A stretch of 64,000 nucleotides of DNA from Chitinophagaceae bacterium (GTDB lineage: Bacteria > Bacteroidota > Bacteroidia > Chitinophagales > Chitinophagaceae): assembly GCA_024643645.1 (NCBI GenBank), contig JAHEMN010000003.1, positions 1,409 through 65,408 of the forward strand. The letters are read 5' to 3'. This document shows, in pieces, positions 56,504 through 64,000 of the stretch. A model generated the notes under the pieces. It searched no databases. It was not told the DNA's origin and saw nothing but the letters and a program-made list of their open reading frames with translations. The first letter of the stretch is position 1; the number at the start of each line of letters is the position of its first letter. A program made the position numbers and the translations under genes.

Positions 56504-56651
56504 TTGTTATAATAATTTAGCTTAAAAATAGCAATACCTGATTTCTCAAATACATTAATTAATTAATAATACTCCTATATCAGATGCCCTTCACTTATAA
56601 AATATATTCTGAAAATTAAAATAAAAGGTAGCGATTTTAATTCAATATATA

Positions 56652-58694
56652 TTATACATGAAAAATTATTTTAAACTCAGTCCCTTTTCCTTCTTCAGAT
56701 TGTAGTTGTATCTCACCATCATGTGCTTTTATAATATCATAACTCAAACTCAATCCCAAACCAGTTCCCTGCCCTGTTGGCTTGGTAGTAAAAAAAGGTT
56801 GAAATATTTTTTCTTTAACTGTTTCAGGAATTCCATTTCCATTGTCTTTAACTGAAATTTCAATCTTATCATTTATTTTTTTTGTAGATACTGACACTGT
56901 TGGTTCATACTTGTCCACTGAAGCTTTAGCAGAAGAGGATTCGTCGCCCACCGCCGCTAAATCTTTGGTGGACACGGCATAAAAAGCATTATTGATAAGG
57001 TTGAGCAAAACTCTACCAATATCCTGTGATACGATATTGATATTGCCGATACTGTTATCAAAATCGGTTTTCATCCTGGCATTGAATGATTTGTCTTTTG
57101 CTCTTAAACCATGATAACTCAATCGTAAATATTCATCACACAAAGCATTGATATCTGTTGGTTCTTTTTGTCCGTTGTTACTTCTTGAATGTTGTAACAT
57201 CCCTTTTACAATGGCATCAGCTCTTTTGCCATGGAAAATAATTTTTTCTTCATTTTCTTCAACATCTTTTGCGATAGAACTTACTTCATCATAATTTTTC
57301 TTTTCAATTTCTTCTCTCATCTCAGAAAGCATTTCCTTGTTCACTTCTGAAAAATTATTAACGAAATTTAATGGATTTTGAATCTCATGTGCAATACCTG
57401 CAGTGAGCTCACCCAGGCTTGCCATCTTTTCGGATTGAACGAGTTGCGATTGGGTGGATTTTAAATTTATCAATGTGTTTTCCAAAACCTTATTGGCTTT
57501 TTGTTTCTGGCGGTTGTTGCGATATAAGAAAAGTACACCCAATAAAATTATCCCTATCCATGTAAGCATAGCATACATCCTATTCCTGCTTTTTTCCTGT
57601 TCCTTTTCTTTTTCCAGTTCCTGCAATCGTATTTTTTGTTCAAAATCCAGATTCTGAAATTGCATAAGCCTTTCGATATAATTGTTGGCAAGTGTATCTC
57701 CAAGATTTTTACCTTTTTCCAAATAGTCATAAGCAATCGGATATTCTCCTTTCAATTTGTAAATGGTTCCTAGCTGAGCAAAGCCTTGAGCCATACCAAT
57801 TAAATTGTTTGTTGATCCGGCAAGTTTTTGCGCCTGCAATGTATATATCAATGCTGAATCCAACTGGTCCGTTTCAATAAATACATTACCTAATAACCCC
57901 TGGAGATTGCTCATTAATCCTATGGAAGCAGGATCGCTACTTACAGCTATTCCTTTGCGATAATAAAACTTTGCAGAGTCATATTGCCTTTCCTGCGAAT
58001 AATAAAGACCTATCTGTAGATATATATTCCCCAGATTTTTTTGATAAGGAGAATTTTTATAATACAGCAACGCTTTTTTAAAATAAATTAAAGCTGAATC
58101 GGGCTTATTATTATTGAAATAGTAAATGCCTATATCACGGTTTGAAAGACTTAAAATCTTCTGGTTATTCAAACTTTTACCGATCTCTAATGATTTTAAA
58201 ATGTGTTTAAAAGCTTCTTCCTGATTGCGGGTACGATTATAAAAACTATACAATTCAAAATGAATCATTCCAATTATGGACCGGCGGGCTTCTTCGGGGG
58301 TTTTTGAATAAGAAAAATTGGAATACCCCCAGCTGTTGGCAGCACTTGAAGGATCCTCTGCAATTTTTAATGCCTGCATGTAGTTTTCATAGGCTACTGA
58401 TAATCTAAAAATACCCGTATTGCAATAAGCAATTTGCTGATACGCATCAGCTTCCCAAAGTTTTAAATCTAGTTTTTTAGCCAAAGCAAGTTGTGCCTCA
58501 TGGTAAGCCAGGGCTTTACCGGCATCGCTATCCTGGTGATAAAACCCCAGTGTCCTGTTGAGCTCCATACGAACAGTATCGTTTGGAGCATTTTTCAATG
58601 CTGTAAGCAGATTGTCTTTGTAACTTTTTCCATCTTGTGCCTTGGCAAAACCCGGCACTAAAAACAAAAAGAATATTCTTAATACTAACTTCAT
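56652..58694 (-). CDS. TPR-domain membrane histidine kinase 1
   Basis: Signal peptide, TPR-like helices, one TM, GELTAGIAHEIQNPLNF. Confidence 0.92.
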   Translation of the reverse strand: MKLVLRIFFLFLVPGFAKAQDGKSYKDNLLTALKNAPNDTVRMELNRTLGFYHQDSDAGKALAYHEAQLALAKKLDLKLWEADAYQQIAYCNTGIFRLSVAYENYMQALKIAEDPSSAANSWGYSNFSYSKTPEEARRSIIGMIHFELYSFYNRTRNQEEAFKHILKSLEIGKSLNNQKILSLSNRDIGIYYFNNNKPDSALIYFKKALLYYKNSPYQKNLGNIYLQIGLYYSQERQYDSAKFYYRKGIAVSSDPASIGLMSNLQGLLGNVFIETDQLDSALIYTLQAQKLAGSTNNLIGMAQGFAQLGTIYKLKGEYPIAYDYLEKGKNLGDTLANNYIERLMQFQNLDFEQKIRLQELEKEKEQEKSRNRMYAMLTWIGIILLGVLFLYRNNRQKQKANKVLENTLINLKSTQSQLVQSEKMASLGELTAGIAHEIQNPLNFVNNFSEVNKEMLSEMREEIEKKNYDEVSSIAKDVEENEEKIIFHGKRADAIVKGMLQHSRSNNGQKEPTDINALCDEYLRLSYHGLRAKDKSFNARMKTDFDNSIGNINIVSQDIGRVLLNLINNAFYAVSTKDLAAVGDESSSAKASVDKYEPTVSVSTKKINDKIEISVKDNGNGIPETVKEKIFQPFFTTKPTGQGTGLGLSLSYDIIKAHDGEIQLQSEEGKGTEFKIIFHV
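56913..56973. repeat. In-frame REP-like palindrome inside the HATPase coding region
   Basis: GTCCACTGAAGCTTTAGCAG...CCGCTAAATCTTTGGTGGAC, 16/20 inverted match; insertion absent from paralogues. Confidence 0.65.
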
Positions 58695-58700
58695 ACAACT

Positions 58701-60641
58701 TTATTTATTTGGCAACAGAATAATAAAATTAGTCCATTCTCTTTCCTTTGTGTCCACTTTTATTTCACCACCATGTGCTTTCACAATATCGTAACTCAAC
58801 GATAATCCCAAGCCTGTTCCCTGCCCTGTTGGTTTGGTGGTAAAGAAGGGTTGAAATATTTTTTCTTTTACTGTTTCAGGAATTCCATTACCATTATCTG
58901 CAACGCTGATCTCTAATTTACCATTTATTCTTTTAGTGCTTATCGTAACTGTTGGGGTATAACCTGAAATGTTTTGTTTTGCTTTTTCACTCACTGCATA
59001 GAATGCATTATTGATCAGATTCAGCAATACCCTTCCAATATCCTGTGGTACTATATTTATTTTTTCAATACTGTTATCTAAGCCAGTTTCAAACTTTGCA
59101 TTGAATGATTTATCTTTTGCCCGTAGGCCATGATATGAGAGACGGAGATATTCATCGCACAAGGCATTGATATCTGTTAACACTTTTTGTCCACTGCTGC
59201 TTCTGCTGTGTTGCAACATTCCTTTTACAATAGCATCAGCTCTTTTGCCATGGTGATTTATCTTTTCTTCATTCTTAATAACATCATCTGCAATATCTTT
59301 TGCTTGAGAATTATTTCCACTATTCATTTCTTCTTTCATTTCCTCCAACAACTCTTTATTTACTTCGGAGAAGTTATTCATGAAATTTAATGGATTTTGT
59401 ATTTCATGAGCAATACCTGCAGTAAGCTCTCCCAGGCTTGCCATTTTTTCTGATTGCACTAATTGAGCCTGCGTTTGTTTTAGATTAGACAGTGTTGCTT
59501 CAAGAACCTGATTAGTTTTTTGTTTATGCCGATTATTTCGATAAAGAATTACTACGATGATCAGAATAACTCCAACAATTGACCAAAGAGCAATCATTTT
59601 CGTTTTATTTCTGAAATGCTCTTGTTCTCTACTTATTTCCTGCTGTTTTTGCTGTTCTTCCAGCATCAATAACTGAAGTTGTTTAAATTTTTCTTTCCCA
59701 TAAAGACTGTCTTGCAATGAGGTAACAATGTCTTCATAATAAAAGGCACTATCAAGGTTATTAGTAGCCCGATGCAGTTCAACTAATAAACTGCTTGTTT
59801 CCAATATTTTAGATTTTTGTGAAGTTCTTTGCGACTCTTTAATTGCTTTTCGGGCATAAAATAAACTTGAATCATATTGGCGAAGTTTATAATAAAATTC
59901 CGCCAGGCTTAATTGTATAGTTCCAAGATTTATAGATTCGTTTGTAATTTTTGAATTTTGTAGGGCTGCATAATAATAATATAATGCTGAATCCGGTTTT
60001 CCGGTTTCATTATAAACTTTACCAATATTTCTGAGTATAAAACTATTTAATTGAGGATGATTAAATTCACTATTATGTTTTTTAGCAATTCGTAAATAAT
60101 ATAATCCTGAATCAGGTTTATTTAGAAGTATATAAGAGATCCCAATATTCGCCAGGGCAAATACTCTGTTTGGTGATGATGGTAAATTTTGACGAATATG
60201 ATCAGCGGAAAGCAGATATGAAAGTGCCTGGTGATATTCTGAGAGATCCATATATATTATCCCGATAAAACTCAAACTATTAGCTTCGGCATTGGGATTT
60301 TTCAATTTCCTATAATGCTCAAGTGCTTCCAGTTGCATTCTTAATGCTTGAGGATAATTCCCCGTTAACCGGGAAGCTTCACCAGCCAAATTAAGGGCCG
60401 ATGCAATACCTTCTGTAAAGCCAAGCTTCCTTGAAAGCTCTACTGCTTTTTTCGAGTATTCAAGACTGATTGCTGGAGAATTAAAATAAGTACGGTCAGA
60501 AAGATTCAGTAATAGCTTTACCCGGTTTGTGTCTTCAGCTGATTTGCTGATAAGGTTTGATAAACTATCTATGACCCTATCCTGGCCAATAGAATTAACT
60601 GCATGGGAAAACAGAATTACAAAGAGAATAAAATTTTTCAT
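58701..60641 (-). CDS. TPR-domain membrane histidine kinase 2
   Basis: Signal peptide, TPR-like helices, one TM, same H-box. Confidence 0.92.
   Translation of the reverse strand: MKNFILFVILFSHAVNSIGQDRVIDSLSNLISKSAEDTNRVKLLLNLSDRTYFNSPAISLEYSKKAVELSRKLGFTEGIASALNLAGEASRLTGNYPQALRMQLEALEHYRKLKNPNAEANSLSFIGIIYMDLSEYHQALSYLLSADHIRQNLPSSPNRVFALANIGISYILLNKPDSGLYYLRIAKKHNSEFNHPQLNSFILRNIGKVYNETGKPDSALYYYYAALQNSKITNESINLGTIQLSLAEFYYKLRQYDSSLFYARKAIKESQRTSQKSKILETSSLLVELHRATNNLDSAFYYEDIVTSLQDSLYGKEKFKQLQLLMLEEQQKQQEISREQEHFRNKTKMIALWSIVGVILIIVVILYRNNRHKQKTNQVLEATLSNLKQTQAQLVQSEKMASLGELTAGIAHEIQNPLNFMNNFSEVNKELLEEMKEEMNSGNNSQAKDIADDVIKNEEKINHHGKRADAIVKGMLQHSRSSSGQKVLTDINALCDEYLRLSYHGLRAKDKSFNAKFETGLDNSIEKINIVPQDIGRVLLNLINNAFYAVSEKAKQNISGYTPTVTISTKRINGKLEISVADNGNGIPETVKEKIFQPFFTTKPTGQGTGLGLSLSYDIVKAHGGEIKVDTKEREWTNFIILLPNK
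58813..59051. repeat. 239-bp near-identical block shared by three kinase genes (copy A)
   Basis: 5 differences to copy B and 7 to copy C by hand alignment. Confidence 0.9.
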
Positions 60642-60652
60642 TTACATCCATT

Positions 60653-62704
60653 TTAGATTATAATTCTAAATTCTGTTCCCTCTCCTTCTTTCGTTTCCAT
60701 AGTTAATTCACCACCATGGGCTTTTACAATATCATAACTTAAACTTAAACCCAAACCTGTTCCCTGCCCTGTTGGTTTGGTGGTAAAGAATGGTTGAAAG
60801 ATTTTTTCTTTTGCTGTTTCAGGAATTCCATTTCCATTATCTGCAACGCTGATCTCTAATTTACCATTTATTCTTTTAGTGCTTATCGTAACTGTTGGGG
60901 TATAACCTGAAATGTTTTGTTTTGCTTTTTCACTCACTGCATAGAATGCATTATTGTTCAGATTCAGCAATACCCTTCCAATATCCTGTGGTACAACATT
61001 TAGTTTTGGAATTGTGGAATCAAAATCAGTTTCAAACTTTGCATTGAAAGATTTGTCTTTTCTTTGGAAACTACTAAAGCTTAATCGTAAATATTCTTCA
61101 CACAAAGTGTTGATATCAGTATACTCCATTTGTCCGCTGCTGGCTCCTGAATGTTGCAGCATACTTTTTACAATAGCACCAGCTCTTTTTCCATGATGAA
61201 TTATTTTTTCTTCATTGTCTTTAATATCTTTTAAAAGCACTTGTGCATCTTTGATATTCCCTTTCTCAATTTCTGACTTTGTTTCCTCAATTAATTCGTT
61301 ATTTACTTCAGAGAAATTATTTACAAAATTTAATGGGTTCTGTATCTCATGTGCAATTCCTACAGTTAGCTCTCCCAATGAGGCCATTTTTTCTTTTTGA
61401 ATAAGTTGTGCCTGTGTTCGCTTTAGCTCATCCAGCGTATGTTCAACCCGGGATTTTTGCTGATCTGTTTCCTGTTTTTGCTTTGTAAGTAGCTTGTATG
61501 CCTTTTGTTTATTATGGTAGTTGCGCCACAAAATGATCGCTATAATGAAAAAGACAGCTAACCCAAACAATAGGACATATTTCATCACCTTATCCTTGTA
61601 GTCCTTTTTAGCAGCTGCCAATTCCTGCTGCTGCTGCAAGTAATTAAAATCAATATTCTGAAACTGGCGAGATTGTTTGGAATTGAACAAACTATCTTTC
61701 ATTCTGATAACAAGTGAAAGGTATTTAACAACACTATCATTATTATTCAATGACTTATAATAATTGGAAGTAGAATTATATGTTCTCAGGAGCAGGTCGG
61801 GAGCATTCATCGTGTTTGCGATCTGCAATGCATTTTGTATAAATATAAATGCCGAATCCTTATTCTTATTTTTAATATTTATATCTGCAAGAACCAGGTT
61901 AGCAGCAGTTACTCCACGCATATACTTTTGCTCTGTACTTACTTTGATCGCTTCATGAAAATAACTAACAGCCTTTGCTTCATTTCCATTTGCTAAATAT
62001 ACCCTACCCAGATTCAGCAAAGAACTTCCCATATACTCATACATACCAATCTCACGAAAAGTATCATATGCTCCTTCTTGAAAATATAATGCAGAATCAT
62101 TTTTTTTGATCTGCAGATAAATTCTGCCAATATTCATATATGTACCACCAATTATCTGCTTATTAGCAGTTAATTCTCCCAGTTCATGAGCCTGAAAATA
62201 ATTGCTCAATGCCTTTTCTGTATTACCTGCATTTTCATATAAAATACCAAAGTTAAAATATAGAAATGCTAATATCTGCAGACGATATGAACGGGGAGAG
62301 ATTTCATCAGACTTGATGCCAAATGTTCTGCGATACCTTTCAGGTAATATTTTTTTCTCATTTGTAGCATTGTTTGCAATTTCAATCCCTGCTAAAAATA
62401 TTTGTAAAGAGGCCGGGTAATTTCCCAGATTTAATAAAGCGTAAGCCTGCATATTAAGTGCAGCTGCTTCGTTTAATTTGAAATCCAATAATTTTGCTAT
62501 TTCGATTTCCATCTCGGCATAATGGATAGAACTATCGGGGTTTATTTCTGAATAGCCGATATTCAGGGAATCTAGTTGTACCAAACGTAGCGTATCATTT
62601 GTTGTATTATTTAGTCTATCCTTAAGACCTTGCAGGTCAAAATTCTGAGAAAATGATACTAACGACAATAAACAAAACAATATCACTACTGTTAATTGTT
62701 TCAT
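60653..62704 (-). CDS. TPR-domain membrane histidine kinase 3
   Basis: Signal peptide, TPR-like helices, one TM, GELTVGIAHEIQNPLNF. Confidence 0.92.
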   Translation of the reverse strand: MKQLTVVILFCLLSLVSFSQNFDLQGLKDRLNNTTNDTLRLVQLDSLNIGYSEINPDSSIHYAEMEIEIAKLLDFKLNEAAALNMQAYALLNLGNYPASLQIFLAGIEIANNATNEKKILPERYRRTFGIKSDEISPRSYRLQILAFLYFNFGILYENAGNTEKALSNYFQAHELGELTANKQIIGGTYMNIGRIYLQIKKNDSALYFQEGAYDTFREIGMYEYMGSSLLNLGRVYLANGNEAKAVSYFHEAIKVSTEQKYMRGVTAANLVLADINIKNKNKDSAFIFIQNALQIANTMNAPDLLLRTYNSTSNYYKSLNNNDSVVKYLSLVIRMKDSLFNSKQSRQFQNIDFNYLQQQQELAAAKKDYKDKVMKYVLLFGLAVFFIIAIILWRNYHNKQKAYKLLTKQKQETDQQKSRVEHTLDELKRTQAQLIQKEKMASLGELTVGIAHEIQNPLNFVNNFSEVNNELIEETKSEIEKGNIKDAQVLLKDIKDNEEKIIHHGKRAGAIVKSMLQHSGASSGQMEYTDINTLCEEYLRLSFSSFQRKDKSFNAKFETDFDSTIPKLNVVPQDIGRVLLNLNNNAFYAVSEKAKQNISGYTPTVTISTKRINGKLEISVADNGNGIPETAKEKIFQPFFTTKPTGQGTGLGLSLSYDIVKAHGGELTMETKEGEGTEFRIII
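60756..60994. repeat. 239-bp near-identical block (copy B)
   Basis: 60834-60956 is identical to 58891-59013 over 123 nt. Confidence 0.9.
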
Positions 62705-62722
62705 TACAATAATATTTATTAT

Positions 62723-64000
62723 TTATAGTGGCAGAAGGATACAAAATTTAACTCCCGGCTGCCCTTCGTTATTATTTATAATGATCTCCCCACCATGTGC
62801 TTTCACAATATCATAACTCAACGATAATCCCAAACCTGTTCCCTGCCCGGTTGGTTTGGTGGTAAAGAATGGTTGAAATATTTTTTCTTTTACTGTTTCA
62901 GGAATTCCATTACCATTATCTGCAACACTGATCTCTAATTTACCATTTATTTTTTTAGTGCTGATCGTAACTGTTGGGGTATAACCTGAAATGTTTTGTT
63001 TTGCTTTTTCACTCACTGCATAGAATGCATTATTGATCAGATTCAGCAATACCCTTCCAAAATCCTGTGGCACAACATTCAGTTTTGGAATTGTGGAATC
63101 AAAATCAGTTTTCATCGTTGCATTGAATGATTTGTCTTTTGCTCTTAAACCATGATAAGCTAATCTTAAATATTCATCGCACAAGGCATTGATATCTGTG
63201 GGTTCTATTATACCATTGCTGCTGCGGCTGTGTTGCAGCATACCTTTAATAATGGCATCGGCTCTTTTGCCATGGTGATGTATTTTTTCTAAATTTTGTT
63301 TTACATCTGCTGCAATGTTTTTTGCTTCATTAATATCTCCTTTATCTAACTCATCCTTCATTTCATCAATCAACTCATTGCTTACTTCACTGAAGTTGTT
63401 TACAAAATTTAACGGGTTTTGAATTTCATGTGCAATGCCTGCGGTGAGTTCGCCAAGGCTGGCCATTTTTTCGGATTGGATAAGTTGGGTTTGGGTGGCT
63501 TTTAAATTGATCAATGTTTTTTCCAGTACTTTATTAGCTTTTCGTTTTTGGCGATTGTTTCGAAAAAGAATCAATGCAATGATGAGCAGCACTCCCAACC
63601 CTGCTGCAAATCCGTAAAGCCTGAGGCGATTTTCTTTTTTTAACTGCTTTTCCACTATCTGTTGTTGGTGTTGCTGTTCTTCAGATATTGTTTTTTGGAG
63701 TTCCTGTATCTTTTCTGATCCATATAGAGAATCAGTGGCAGCCAGTTGCATCTTCAAATAATAATAAGCCAGCCCTTTGTCCTTATGTTCAAATTCATCT
63801 GCAAGCAACTTACTATTATCAATTATTGCGTTACTGTAATTAACTTTTAAGGCAGCGTCAAGGCCTTTTTTGGCATAGTAAATTACTGAATCAGGCTGAT
63901 TCAGCTTTTTAAAGAAACCGGCGATGATGAAGCAAGCATCGGGTGTGCCAATCATGTCATTGTAAACATCATACGTTTCAATGCTTTGATGTAAATATTG
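62723..64000 (-). CDS. TPR-domain membrane histidine kinase 4, 5'-truncated by window edge
   Basis: Frame open to 64000; TM helix, same H-box and HATPase. Confidence 0.92.
   Translation of the reverse strand, partial: QYLHQSIETYDVYNDMIGTPDACFIIAGFFKKLNQPDSVIYYAKKGLDAALKVNYSNAIIDNSKLLADEFEHKDKGLAYYYLKMQLAATDSLYGSEKIQELQKTISEEQQHQQQIVEKQLKKENRLRLYGFAAGLGVLLIIALILFRNNRQKRKANKVLEKTLINLKATQTQLIQSEKMASLGELTAGIAHEIQNPLNFVNNFSEVSNELIDEMKDELDKGDINEAKNIAADVKQNLEKIHHHGKRADAIIKGMLQHSRSSNGIIEPTDINALCDEYLRLAYHGLRAKDKSFNATMKTDFDSTIPKLNVVPQDFGRVLLNLINNAFYAVSEKAKQNISGYTPTVTISTKKINGKLEISVADNGNGIPETVKEKIFQPFFTTKPTGQGTGLGLSLSYDIVKAHGGEIIINNNEGQPGVKFCILLPL
62835..63073. repeat. 239-bp near-identical block (copy C)
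   Basis: Aligns without gaps to copies A and B. Confidence 0.9.

Noticed and set aside
274-63617. Numerous 60-160 aa track ORFs antisense to or overlapping real genes (e.g. 2814-3302, 4993-5325, 35103-35528, 48428-48907)
   Set aside because: They lie wholly within well-supported genes, show no motifs and are expected shadow frames

Overview
Chromosomal window from an AT-rich Bacteroidota genome (Chitinophagaceae-like: short RpoD-type sigma, TAnnTTTG promoters, fused ccoNO). Four blocks. (1) 1-7.7 kb housekeeping: sigma factor, ffh, rpsP, rimM, dinB, M20 dipeptidase, hslR. (2) 7.7-30.4 kb low-oxygen/N2O respiration island: FixL-like heme-PAS kinase plus a REC-Crp/Fnr response regulator, USP, two Ric proteins, Rrf2, a clade II nos cluster (cyt c-nosZ-fasciclin-nosB-L-D-F-Y) and a full cbb3 oxidase cluster. 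Seven promoters here share one exact 65-bp architecture: two TGAY-N4-RTCA boxes 22 bp apart, then the -7 element 35 bp after the start of the second box. One of these promoters has no credible ORF after it, only about 85 nt ending in a strong terminator, and is a candidate low-oxygen-induced sRNA. (3) 30.5-39.4 kb: trmD, desaturase, DUF4331 pair, BNR/VPS10 protein, adenine deaminase. (4) 39.7-64 kb signalling super-cluster: nine-GAF hybrid kinase, a class III cyclase with a guanylate-cyclase-like signature, a LiaF/LytS/LytTR module, and a minus-strand run of TPR sensor kinases, DUF4242, a cytoplasmic kinase, REC, a REC-adenylate cyclase and an HD-YitT fusion. No rRNA, tRNA, CRISPR array, integrase or transposase was seen. 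All calls are by motif recognition and hand alignment; no database search was run.
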